NCBI GenBank assembly: GCA_963665325.3
Contig: CAXXWS020000003.1
Span: forward strand, 896,001 to 960,000
Origin: Alphaproteobacteria bacterium
Lineage (GTDB): Bacteria > Pseudomonadota > Alphaproteobacteria > Bin95
Direction of reading: 5' to 3'
DNA: 64,000 bases
The notes under the pieces: model-generated
Database searches by the model: none
What the model was told of the DNA's origin: nothing
What the model saw: the letters and a program-made list of their open reading frames with translations, nothing else
Program-made: the position numbers and the translations under genes
In this document: one piece after another, positions 55,541-64,000 of the stretch
Numbering within the stretch: position 1 is the first letter of the stretch
How the letters are laid out: each line of letters begins with the position of its first letter

Positions 55541-55912
55541 CTAAGGTGCGTTGTCGGTGTAGTCCTCTCCGGTCCCGAAAACGGTCGTGGGATCGGAGGC
55601 TTCCTGGCCGAAATAGGAAAGATCGATCCGCCAACGGTTCGGCAATTGCGTCCCGGCGGTGACCTGGAAGTTCGCGATATAGCCTGTATCGGTGTTGTCG
55701 TTGCCTTCCGCATCGACGGTCCATCGCCCATCCACCAGACCGGTGAGCACGAAGGTCACGTCGCCGATTTCGACCGCGATCGGCTCCTCCATGGACGACA
55801 GGCTCTCATAGTTCAGGGGGACGGTCTGCGCCCCGGCAAGGCCGCCCGCGGCCACGCCGGCGGCGGCAATTGCAGCGGGAAGCAAGGCCCGCAGAACCCG
55901 GTGTGCGGCCAT
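55541..55912 (-). pseudogene. Truncated outer-membrane/porin-like protein
   Basis: Signal peptide ..LAGAQ, beta-strand alternation (FQVTAGTQL..WRIDLSYFGQ); abrupt stop at an AT-rich junction. Confidence 0.55.
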
Positions 55913-55916
55913 GACT

Positions 55917-57308
55917 TCAGGCCTTCGCCGGGAAGGTGGAATGGAAGGCGTGCCTCGCCAGCTCGCGCCCGGATTTCAGTCCCTGCGTATTGTCGATCGC
56001 CCAATGGACGCCGCCATAGAGACGGCTCAGGCCGTTTTCCTCCGCCATGTGTGTCAAGCCGGTCCAGTGCCGATTGACGCCTTGCAGTTGCGGCCACAGC
56101 ACTTCGTCCGGCGAACGCCCGGAAAATGCGACATCGTCCCGGCCGAGGATCAGGGCAATCATCTCGGCCGCGGCGGCACCGAAAGTGGAATGGCCGGAGG
56201 TATAGGCCGGGAATTCCGGCGTGGGGATGTAGCTGCGCCAGCCGGAGTGGACGGCCACGCGCCGGTCCCGACTGCCGAATGCGGGCGCACGCACGCGAAT
56301 GGCGCTTTCGGGCCGGACAACGTCGTAGTGGTATTTGTTGTCCCAGGCGCAGATGGATGCATCGCACTGGGTCATGCCGATTAGCGCGAAGGCCCGGGCG
56401 AGCTCGATGAAGGAGAGGTCCCGATCCTGCAACAGCTGCATGGCGATATAGAGCATGTGCCCCGGCGGGGTGATGCCCCACGGGCCGTCTTCCCAGAAGA
56501 GCGCGATCTCCGACTGGTCGGCGGTCCTGACACTGCTGTCCATTCCCCCGAGGCGGCGGATCGTGTCGAACTCTTCGGCGAACTCGGGGCTCGCCGGATC
56601 GTAAAATCCGCTTACCTGGAACTGCGAACCGCTCTTCATCGTCCAGGGCTTGATCTTGCCGTGGCCCGGGTAGAGGCAACGGTCGAAGGAGGAGAACGCA
56701 GGCCCCGGCGAGGCACCGTAGAACGGCCCCGTCGGGCTCCATCGCAAGGAGTCGGCGCGCCGTCGGTAGCGTCCGAGATAGTAGTTCACCTCGCTGGGCT
56801 CCGAGCCGTCATCCGTGCGCAGGTCGAGCACCCGGCGGCCCACCTCGCGGCCCCATTCGACGCCCAGCGACTTCGCCTCGCCGTCGGGGAAGCGGCTCAG
56901 GAAGGCGATGCGCTCGAACAGGAACGGTTGCTGGAATGCTTCCGCCGCCGCCGCCGCGAAGGCGACGCCATAGGCGACTTCGGGGTCGGCGCCGCGCGGT
57001 CCCGGGCCGATCCCGAACGGCTCTTCATAGGCCCCGACGATTCCGTTTGCGGCCAGGAATCCGGCGGCGGTGCCAAGCCCGTAATTGTAGGCGGCGCGCG
57101 GTGTCAGAACCCTCTGGTCCCGCACCTGCTGCAGGGCGGTATCCACCCAAAGGAAAACGGTGTTCCCGTTCTTCGGTTTCAGTATCTGGCTCGTGTAGGA
57201 AGACCGGCTTCCCTGGGAGGCTACGTGCGGGCCGGCGCAGCCGGCCATGGACAGGGCGGAGGCCGCAGCAGCGGCGGCAGCGAGGAACTGCCGTCTGGTG
57301 TGGCTCAT
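55917..57308 (-). CDS. Vanadium-dependent haloperoxidase (PAP2 superfamily), Tat lipoprotein
   Basis: TRRQFL plus MAGC lipobox; K..Y...RP, TPEFPAYTSGHS, SRLYGGVHW vanadate-binding motifs. Confidence 0.88.
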   Translation of the reverse strand: MSHTRRQFLAAAAAAASALSMAGCAGPHVASQGSRSSYTSQILKPKNGNTVFLWVDTALQQVRDQRVLTPRAAYNYGLGTAAGFLAANGIVGAYEEPFGIGPGPRGADPEVAYGVAFAAAAAEAFQQPFLFERIAFLSRFPDGEAKSLGVEWGREVGRRVLDLRTDDGSEPSEVNYYLGRYRRRADSLRWSPTGPFYGASPGPAFSSFDRCLYPGHGKIKPWTMKSGSQFQVSGFYDPASPEFAEEFDTIRRLGGMDSSVRTADQSEIALFWEDGPWGITPPGHMLYIAMQLLQDRDLSFIELARAFALIGMTQCDASICAWDNKYHYDVVRPESAIRVRAPAFGSRDRRVAVHSGWRSYIPTPEFPAYTSGHSTFGAAAAEMIALILGRDDVAFSGRSPDEVLWPQLQGVNRHWTGLTHMAEENGLSRLYGGVHWAIDNTQGLKSGRELARHAFHSTFPAKA

Positions 57309-57962
57309 TGGATTCCTTTCGGTTCAGGTGTCCATGGATGCGTCAGGAGGTGCAGCAGGGCGCTCGCCCGACTGCCGGAACGGAATGAGGAATCGGTGCC
57401 GGACCGCCGGTTCGGGCAGCCATCGGCGCCGGAGGAACAGGTGCTATGCGGGATGCGGCCGCGGAACCTGCGGCGTTCCCGAGTGGGAAGACGGGCGACC
57501 GGGTCCGGTCAGGCCGTCAAAAAAACGCAGTCAGGCGCGAGGGGGACGATCGGAACGCCGTGAACAAAAAATGTTCACACTCGTAGAAACAAAATTCGTA
57601 ATTGCCGAATTATTGTTCATTGAGTTAATTGTTTTGCAACGTGGCCTGAAATGCAACATTCTACAGCATTCAGCCGGTATTTCCGTTATCACAACTTCCC
57701 CCAGTCTTCCATCGTCGAGTGCATCGAATAGACTTCGAAGACGGCGAATAACCCTCCATAAACCTAAAGGCAAGTGATAAATTAAATAGTTATGGGCGAC
57801 ATTTTGGCGCCCGGTCGATTTCCCGCTGCCTTCCCGACGGCCAGTCCGAAGCGCGGCAACAGCGGTGGATGGGGGAACCCGGCCGGGACCGCAGCGCCGA
57901 TGCGACAATCGGCACAGCCCGACCCGCTTGAAGGGCGGCGGGAGAGCCTCTATATCCGGTGC

Positions 57963-58010
57963 GTACTAAGCTTCCGTGCCCGATGAGTACTAAGCTTCCG
58001 TGCCCGATGA
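57963..58010 (+). repeat. Perfect 24-bp tandem duplication
   Basis: GTACTAAGCTTCCGTGCCCGATGA x2. Confidence 0.95.
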
Positions 58011-58109
58011 TCGCACAGTCCCGGCGCCTTTTCCGGCGTAGCGGGAGCGGCTTCGTGCAGGCGCGGATCGACGAATGGACCGAGAGATTGTAGGAAGGAG
58101 ACCTGCCCC

Positions 58110-58685
58110 ATGTCCGACCAGAAGCGCCTTTCCGGCATGACCGTCGCCGTGCTCGTTGCCAATGGCTTCGAGGAAATCGTCATGACCGACACGCAGAAGG
58201 CGCTTGCCGCCGAAGGTGCCGCGATTCGCATCGTCAGCCATGAGGTCGGGCTGGCCAACGGCTGGCATGAAGGGACCTGGGGCCACAATTTCTACATCGA
58301 CACCCGCGTTTCGGACGCACTGCCGAGCGATTTCGACGGTCTGCTGGTGCCGGGCGGGGAGCGCAGCATCGCCGCGCTCAAGGAGAACGCGCATGCCCGC
58401 CGCGTAATCAAGGGCATGATGGACGCGGGCAAGCCGCTGGCCGTCGTCGGCGATGCGATCGAAATGCTGGTGGCAGCGGAGGCCCTGAGAGGCCGCAAGG
58501 TGACAGGCGTCGAGACGTCCCGCGCCCGGGTCGAGGCAATGGGCGCCGTCTGGTCCGAAGCCCCGCTCACCGTCGATGGCAGTTTGGTCACCGCCTCGGG
58601 TTCGGAAGATCTCGAGAGCCTGATCGGCGCCGTGATCGACAGCCTCGTCGCCGCTCCCGAAGGCGAACGCCAGCAGGCCGCCTGA
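58110..58685 (+). CDS. DJ-1/PfpI-family protein lacking the catalytic Cys
   Basis: VAVLVANGFEE, FDGLLVPGG, GKPLAVV, L.GRKVT, VDG.LVT. Confidence 0.82.
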   Translation: MSDQKRLSGMTVAVLVANGFEEIVMTDTQKALAAEGAAIRIVSHEVGLANGWHEGTWGHNFYIDTRVSDALPSDFDGLLVPGGERSIAALKENAHARRVIKGMMDAGKPLAVVGDAIEMLVAAEALRGRKVTGVETSRARVEAMGAVWSEAPLTVDGSLVTASGSEDLESLIGAVIDSLVAAPEGERQQAA

Positions 58686-58712
58686 CCTCAAAACACAGGA
58701 AACGAGTTGCTG

Positions 58713-58749
58713 CCGGCGCCGGGGCTTTCCCGGCGCCGGTTGTCGTTTC
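58713..58749. terminator. Hairpin between convergent genes
   Basis: CCGGCGCCGGG-gcttt-CCCGGCGCCGG followed by TTGTCGTTT. Confidence 0.55.
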
Positions 58750-58764
58750 AGACGCCGGCGGCGC

Positions 58765-59232
58765 TCAGAACACGCCCGCTTCGAGGCCGGCGGCGAGCGT
58801 CATGCCGAGTTCCTCGCAGTCGGCGGCGAACGCCTCCTGCCATTCTCCGCGGCAAAGCACCGGCTCGGCCACCGCGCGCCAGCGCAGGCCGGTCGTAATA
58901 GTCTCGATCGCGCGCCTTGTGCCGGTGCCGTCATGGCCTGCGCGGATATAGAAGCCGAAGGGGCGGCCCTGGGTCTCCTCCAGGCAGGGATAGTAGATGC
59001 GATCGAAAAAGTCCTTCAGCGCGCCGCTCATATAGCCGAGGTTCTCGGTCGTCCCGAGCAGTAGCGCGTCCGCCGCGAGCACATGGGCCGGCGTTGCGTC
59101 GAAGGGGCTCAGCACCTCCGTCTCGACGCCCTCGATGTCCGGATGGCGGGCCCCCTCCGCGGCCGCATCGCGCAGCCTGAGCGTGTTGGGCGACGGCGCG
59201 TGGGCGACGATCAGCAGGCGGCGGCCGGACAT
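58765..59232 (-). CDS. Flavodoxin-fold (WrbA-like) oxidoreductase
   Basis: HAPSPNT, ADALLLGTTENLGYMSGALKDFFDR, AGHDGTG. Confidence 0.85.
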   Translation of the reverse strand: MSGRRLLIVAHAPSPNTLRLRDAAAEGARHPDIEGVETEVLSPFDATPAHVLAADALLLGTTENLGYMSGALKDFFDRIYYPCLEETQGRPFGFYIRAGHDGTGTRRAIETITTGLRWRAVAEPVLCRGEWQEAFAADCEELGMTLAAGLEAGVF

Positions 59233-60302
59233 GCCTGCTCCAGAAGGAAGGGCGCGCCCGACCCGGCGGCGACGGCGCGGATCTCCTCGAACAGAGTTTC
59301 CGTCATCGGGATTCCGGTCCTGAGCCGTTCGCGCCGGGCGGCATGTTCCGGATCGCCGGGCACGAGCACCGGTCGGGCCGGGTCGGTCGGCGGCACCGCC
59401 CGCACCTCCGCCATCAGGCTCCCGAGGTCGGCGGCGAAACCGGCATTGAAGAAGGCCGGGTCGAGCGCCATGAAGAAATGCCCGACCTCAATGAAGGGGC
59501 CGGGCTTGTCCGTGGCGAGGTCGATGCCGCCGACATTCGCGCCGCCGAGCACGCTCGCCAGGATTTCCACCATCATCGCCAGGCCATAGCCCTTGTGGCT
59601 GCCGAGCGTGCGGTTGCCGCCGAGCGGGGTCAGGCGCTTCGGTTTTGCATGGAAGGCGGCGGCCGCATCGGTCTCGGGCAGGCCGTCCGGGCGCACGGCC
59701 CAACCGTTCGGCAGCGGTTTACCCGCCCGGCGCGCGATGTTGACCTTGCCGACGGCGACGGTGCTGGTCGCCATGTCGAGCGAGAACGGCTCACCCGCTG
59801 CCGGGCTCGCGGCGAAGGCAATCGGATTGGTGGAGAAGCGCGGCTCGCGCGCGCCCGTCGGAACCACGGAGCGCTGCGTCGTGCCGGTGCAGGCGAAGCC
59901 GACAAGGCCGCGCTCCGCAGCAATGGTGGAATAGACGCCTGCTGCGCCGAAATGGTTGGAATGGACGGTGACCGACACGCCCAGCCCCACTGCCGCCGCC
60001 TTGTCGCAGGCGCGCTCCATGGCGAATCGGGCGGCAGGGTGGCCGATGCCGTGGCCCGCATCCACCAGGGTCAACACCGGCCCTTCGCTGAGCGTGCGGA
60101 CCTCCGCCAGCGGGTCGATCTTTCCGTCCCGCCTGCGCTGGTCGTAGGTCGGCAGCATGCCGACGCCGTGGCTGTCTATGCCCCGCAGGTCGGCCTCGAC
60201 CATGAGGTCCACGGCGGTCTCGACGGGCTGGGAACGCATGCCCCAGGCGAGGAACACCACCCGGATCTGCGCCGCCAGCAGGCTATGCGGGACGGTAATC
60301 AT
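59211..60302 (-). CDS. Ldh_2 (malate/L-sulfolactate DH-like) oxidoreductase
   Basis: ADLRGIDSHG, SNHFG, TNPIAF, LDMATS, HKGYGL. Confidence 0.9.
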   Translation of the reverse strand: MITVPHSLLAAQIRVVFLAWGMRSQPVETAVDLMVEADLRGIDSHGVGMLPTYDQRRRDGKIDPLAEVRTLSEGPVLTLVDAGHGIGHPAARFAMERACDKAAAVGLGVSVTVHSNHFGAAGVYSTIAAERGLVGFACTGTTQRSVVPTGAREPRFSTNPIAFAASPAAGEPFSLDMATSTVAVGKVNIARRAGKPLPNGWAVRPDGLPETDAAAAFHAKPKRLTPLGGNRTLGSHKGYGLAMMVEILASVLGGANVGGIDLATDKPGPFIEVGHFFMALDPAFFNAGFAADLGSLMAEVRAVPPTDPARPVLVPGDPEHAARRERLRTGIPMTETLFEEIRAVAAGSGAPFLLEQACPAAAC

Positions 60303-61333
60303 GCATGCTCCAGCAGGAAGGGCGCGCCGGAGCGCCCGCAGACGTCGCGCAGCTCCTCGAACAGCGTGTCGGTCATCGGGATGCCGTTCGCCTTGCGCTC
60401 GGCGTAAGCGGCGTATTCCGGGTCGCCGGCGACCATCACAGGGTTTGCCGGATCGGCGGGCGGCGTCGCCCGGAGCATGTCGAGCAGCCGGTCCATGTCG
60501 GTCTCGAATTCTCCCTCCCCGCGCAGCTGCGAGGGGTCGATGGCGAAGAAGAAATGCCCGGTCTCGTGGCCGAGGCAGCCGGAGAGCGTCGCGCACAGGA
60601 TTTCCACCATGGCGCCCAGGCCGTAGCCCTTGTGGCCGCCGAGCTCGCGCGTGCCGCCAAGCGGCGTCAGGCGCCCGGTCTCCACTGCGACCTGCGCATC
60701 CGTTATCGGCGCGCCGGACCGGTCCACCATCCAGCCTTCCGGAATCGGCTTGCCGGCCCGCCTCGCGATCGACACCTTGCCGAACGCGACCGTGCTGGTC
60801 GCCATGTCGAGCGCGAAAGGCCGGTTCTCCCCGGCCGGGGCCGCGAAGCCGATGGGGTTGGTACCGAGCGCGGAATCGGCGCCGAACATCGGGGCGACCT
60901 GTTTGGTTGGCGCGTTGGTGAGCGAAAGGCCGACCAGACCCTCCTCCGCCGCCATCTTCGAATAATAGCCGGCCGCGCCGTAGTGGTTGGAGTTGCGCAC
61001 CGCGACGGCAGCCGCACCGACTTGCCCCGCCTTGACCATCGCCGTCCGCATGGCGAGCGCAGCGGGCGGATGGCCGAGGCTGCGCCCGGCGTCGATCAGC
61101 GCCAGCGCCCCCGTCTCGCGCTCGATGCGGATATCGGGCTTCGGCTCGATGCGGCCCTCCTCCTTCGCCTTCTGGTAAAAGGGCAGCATGCCGACGCCGT
61201 GGCTGTCGATGCCGGCAAGGTCGGTTTCGACCATGACCCGGACGGTCGTCTCGATATGGTCCGGCGCCATGCCCCAGGTCTCGAAGACCGCGGCGACCTG
61301 GCGGCGAAGCACGGCGTCGTCGATGGTATGCAT
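60299..61333 (-). CDS. Ldh_2 oxidoreductase (tandem paralog)
   Basis: DLAGIDSHG, SNHYG, GTNPI, LDMATS, HKGYGL. Confidence 0.9.
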   Translation of the reverse strand: MHTIDDAVLRRQVAAVFETWGMAPDHIETTVRVMVETDLAGIDSHGVGMLPFYQKAKEEGRIEPKPDIRIERETGALALIDAGRSLGHPPAALAMRTAMVKAGQVGAAAVAVRNSNHYGAAGYYSKMAAEEGLVGLSLTNAPTKQVAPMFGADSALGTNPIGFAAPAGENRPFALDMATSTVAFGKVSIARRAGKPIPEGWMVDRSGAPITDAQVAVETGRLTPLGGTRELGGHKGYGLGAMVEILCATLSGCLGHETGHFFFAIDPSQLRGEGEFETDMDRLLDMLRATPPADPANPVMVAGDPEYAAYAERKANGIPMTDTLFEELRDVCGRSGAPFLLEHA

Positions 61334-61385
61334 GGCCTCTCCCCCCGCTTCGCCGCATGATAAGCGCGCCAGGGGAGGAAGCGCG

Positions 61386-61835
61386 ATGGCCGATTTCGAC
61401 ATGCCCGCCGAAGATGTGGAGGCAATCCGGGCCTGGTTCGACGAATGGGGCGCGGAGGTGGCGCGGCGGGACTTTGCAAGTGCGCGGCAGCGCTTCGACC
61501 CGGACGTGCTCGGCTTCGGCACCTGGATGGACCATGTGGAGGGGCTGGATGCGCTGGAAGCGCAGCAATGGCGGCGCATCTGGCCCAGCATCGAGGGTTT
61601 CGAGCACCGGACGGAGGGCCTGCGCTGCATGGTCTCGCCCGACCGGTCGATGGCGTTCGGGATGACGGTCTGGACCTCCACCGGCTTCCACGAGGACGGC
61701 ACCGCCTATGAACGGCCGGGCCGGACGACGGCGGTGTTCGCGCGGGACAAGCCCGGCGACCCGTGGCGCTGCGTGCACACCCATGTTTCGCTGTTCAGGG
61801 ATGTGCCGCAGCATTCCGCAGGCCGCCGGGGCTGA
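61386..61835 (+). CDS. SnoaL/NTF2-like protein
   Basis: IRAWFDEW...DV.GFGT..RPGRTTAVF..WRCVHTHVS. Confidence 0.8.
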   Translation: MADFDMPAEDVEAIRAWFDEWGAEVARRDFASARQRFDPDVLGFGTWMDHVEGLDALEAQQWRRIWPSIEGFEHRTEGLRCMVSPDRSMAFGMTVWTSTGFHEDGTAYERPGRTTAVFARDKPGDPWRCVHTHVSLFRDVPQHSAGRRG

Positions 61836-61843
61836 GTCGGGGC

Positions 61844-62017
61844 TCAGGCAGGCCGGCCGCGCCAGGCGGTGTCCGGCTGCAGCCGGGCGAAGCCTGCCCT
61901 GACGAGGCCTGCGAGCCGGGCGAAAGCGGCGGTGAAAGCCTGGGCGCGCAACTGCCGGGCCCGGGCGATACCCCGGTCGATTTCCGCCTGGGTGGGGAGG
62001 TCGTGTCTCTGGATCAT
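61844..62017 (-). CDS. Small protein (RSP_7527-like) divergent from LysR
   Basis: RBS GGAG; EIDRGIARARQLRAQAF. Confidence 0.55.
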   Translation of the reverse strand: MIQRHDLPTQAEIDRGIARARQLRAQAFTAAFARLAGLVRAGFARLQPDTAWRGRPA

Positions 62018-62105
62018 CTGTCCTGTCTCCGGGTTCGGATTTCCGTTGACGCAGCATTTATTATCTCTCAAATCATTTACAATGATGCCAGATACGATAT
62101 GATAT

Positions 62106-62120
62106 TTGCATACAATGCAA
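62106..62120. promoter_or_regulatory. LysR-type T-N11-A box
   Basis: TTGCA-TACAA-TGCAA in the AT-rich divergent intergenic region. Confidence 0.55.
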
Positions 62121-62133
62121 AGATGAGTACGCC

Positions 62134-63078
62134 ATGAATTCCCTGAACGCCATCCGCCTGTTCACCGCCGCCGTCGATGCCGGCAGTTTCTCCGAGGTCG
62201 GGCGCCGGCTCGGCATGGCGCCCTCCTCGGTGTCGCGGCAGGTCGCGGCGCTGGAGGACAGCGTCGGCGCCCAGCTCATCCACCGCACCACGAGGAAGCT
62301 CGGCCTGACCGAGGCCGGCCGGCTCTATTTCGAGCGCGTCTCGCGCATCCTGGCCGAGCTCGACGAGGCGTCCGCCGCCGTCTCGCATCTGGAGGGGTCG
62401 CCGCGTGGCGCGCTGCATGTCAACGGGCCGGCGGCCTTCGGGGTCCGCCATATCGCCCCGGCGCTGCCGGATTTCCTCGACCGCTTTCCCGAAGTGCGGA
62501 TCGAGCTGACGCTTACCGACAATTTCGTGGACCTGCTGGAAGTCGGCGCGGATATCGCCGTGCGGGTGGGCGAGCTTGAGGATTCGAGCCTGATCGCCCG
62601 CCGGCTCGCGCCCAACCGGCGCATCCTCTGCGCCAGCCCCGGCTATCTCGCCCGCGCCGGCATGCCGGAATGCCCCGAGGACCTGGGGGCCCATAACTGC
62701 CTGATCTACACCCGCCACCACGGCAATGTGAACTGGAACCTCGGCGGGCCGGACGGGGTCGCGGAAGTGCGGGTCGGCGGCAATCTGCGCACCAACAACA
62801 CTGAGGCCGTCCACGCCGCGGCGCTCGGCGGACTCGGCATCGCGCTGCTGCCCTCGTGGCTGGTCGGGCAGGAGGTGCAAGCCGGGCGGCTGGTTGCGGT
62901 CCTTTCCGGCTACCGTGCCTCGCCGGGCGCGCTCGACACCGGCATCCACGCCCTCTACCCCGCCAACCGCCACCTCTCCACCAAGGTCCGCGCCTTCGTC
63001 GATTTCCTCGTCGAACGCTACGGCCCCCGCCCCTACTGGGAAGACCCGCCGGGGGACGGGACTCCCCGGGCCCCTTGA
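62134..63078 (+). CDS. LysR-family regulator (CrgA/DmlR-like)
   Basis: GSFS.V.R.LG..PSSVSRQV..LE...G..LI.RTTR...LTEAG; ASP.YL; KVRAFVDFL. Confidence 0.93.
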   Translation: MNSLNAIRLFTAAVDAGSFSEVGRRLGMAPSSVSRQVAALEDSVGAQLIHRTTRKLGLTEAGRLYFERVSRILAELDEASAAVSHLEGSPRGALHVNGPAAFGVRHIAPALPDFLDRFPEVRIELTLTDNFVDLLEVGADIAVRVGELEDSSLIARRLAPNRRILCASPGYLARAGMPECPEDLGAHNCLIYTRHHGNVNWNLGGPDGVAEVRVGGNLRTNNTEAVHAAALGGLGIALLPSWLVGQEVQAGRLVAVLSGYRASPGALDTGIHALYPANRHLSTKVRAFVDFLVERYGPRPYWEDPPGDGTPRAP

Positions 63079-63596
63079 AAATCGCCCGCCTGCATCTCGA
63101 ATCTCAGCACCTCCAGCCCGAAGGCGCGAACGAGCCCGGCGCGGCGCCTCATGCCGAGGCGCGTCAGCACGGCGATGGACGGGGCGTTCTGCGGCAGGAC
63201 GAAGGCTGCGATCTCCGGCAGCGCCAGCCTTTCGAACCCGTAAGCCAGCGCGGCGCGCCCGCCCTCGGTCGCATAGCCCCGCCCCTGCCTATCGGGGTCG
63301 ATCAGGAACAGGAGTTCGGTTTCGCCGGATTCGGACAGCCGCCGGAGCCCCAGATGCCCGACAAGGCGGCCCGAGGCGCGTTCGACGACCGCCCAGGGAC
63401 CGTAGCCGCCCCGCTCCCACGCCCCCCGAAACGCTGCGATAGTTGCATCGGATCCCTGCGCGGCCTCGGCCGGGTCCTCCGTGTGGCTCGGCAGGAAGCG
63501 CGTCACGCCGGGCTTCCGGCGTATCGCCCGGTAGGCCGGCCCGTCAGCGGCCTCGAAGGGGCGCAGCAGCAGGCGGTCGGTCTCTATCGCGGTCAA
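63033..63596 (-). CDS. GNAT (RimJ/RimL-like) acetyltransferase; start uncertain
   Basis: IETDRLLLRPF, QGRGYATE, N.PSIAVL.RLGM. Confidence 0.85.
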   Translation of the reverse strand: MTAIETDRLLLRPFEAADGPAYRAIRRKPGVTRFLPSHTEDPAEAAQGSDATIAAFRGAWERGGYGPWAVVERASGRLVGHLGLRRLSESGETELLFLIDPDRQGRGYATEGGRAALAYGFERLALPEIAAFVLPQNAPSIAVLTRLGMRRRAGLVRAFGLEVLRFEMQAGDFQGARGVPSPGGSSQ

Positions 63597-63615
63597 GGCG
63601 CCGCCCCACGCCCGT

Positions 63616-64000
63616 TCACGACCGCCGTTTCGTCTTGCCGTGGACATGCGGCGGGAGCAGGTCGGCGGGGCCGCCGGGGCGGAGCGGGCGGGGGGGGTAG
63701 CGGCCGAGCGTTATTGTCCGGTCGTACATCACGATGGCGCCGGCCATGGCGACATTGACGCAGAAGGACGTCGGGATGCGGACCACATGGGCGCAGCGCT
63801 CCAGCACCGGCCCCGACAACGAGTCGCGCTCGGGGCCCAGTATGTAGGCGGCGCGCGCCGGGTGGCGGAAGCTCGGCAGGTCCACCGCCTCGTCGATCAG
63901 CTCCACGCCCACCAGCGCACAGCCGCGCGGCAGCACCATGGCGCCCGCGTCCGGGAAGGCGTAGAGCGGCACTCGGCCGGGCGCGTGCGATGTGTCGCCG
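63616..64000 (-). CDS. SpoU/TrmH-family RNA methyltransferase (5' part off-window)
   Basis: LVGVEL, FRHP..A.YILGPE, NVAMAGAIVMYDR. Confidence 0.85.
   Translation of the reverse strand, partial: GDTSHAPGRVPLYAFPDAGAMVLPRGCALVGVELIDEAVDLPSFRHPARAAYILGPERDSLSGPVLERCAHVVRIPTSFCVNVAMAGAIVMYDRTITLGRYPPRPLRPGGPADLLPPHVHGKTKRRS

Noticed and set aside
57790-57960. Possible tRNA or ncRNA at the island boundary
   Set aside because: No cloverleaf, T-loop (GTTCGA) or CCA end recognisable
59211-62057. 948-aa ORF
   Set aside because: Only the last ~363 aa (from 60302) are Ldh_2; the rest overlaps other genes

Overview
GC-rich, alphaproteobacterial-looking window (possibly a marine host-associated or sponge symbiont; this is inference from the repeat-rich surface proteins and the haloperoxidase). 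About 57 kb is accessory DNA. (i) 1-3.8 kb is an IS pile-up: IS4 inside IS66 inside IS5, plus IS4 and IS3 remnants. (ii) 3.8-34.5 kb is a surface-protein locus: a secreted tandem-Cache protein, a LuxR-type regulator, an IS21-truncated secreted protein, an orphan ABC binding protein, and a ~20.8-kb (~6,900 aa reconstructed) Calx-beta/FN3/SwmB/cadherin-like autotransporter-type gene broken by one TAG, one -1 G and a C-terminal truncation. Three secreted-protein genes share a ~120-bp upstream cassette with an invariant palindrome CCTCCC-GTCT-GGGAGG at about -43, a candidate LuxR regulon. (iii) 34.5-38.9 kb is a four-gene DDE element (Zn/HTH protein, rve transposase, ExeA-like ATPase, RepA/AAA_25 helicase) with an origin-like iteron cluster. 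(iv) 39-54.5 kb is a MOBF mobilisable element with coupling protein, relaxase, a recognisable nic site, a leading region (ssDNA-promoter-like stem, SLOG protein, ssb, six-zinc-finger protein) and a TA array. It abuts a tyrosine integrase cut at its HDLRH motif. (v) A Tat-lipoprotein vanadium haloperoxidase with a truncated porin-like partner follows, then ordinary chromosomal genes from ~58 kb. No rRNA, tRNA or CRISPR array was seen. All family calls are by eye from motifs; no searches were run.
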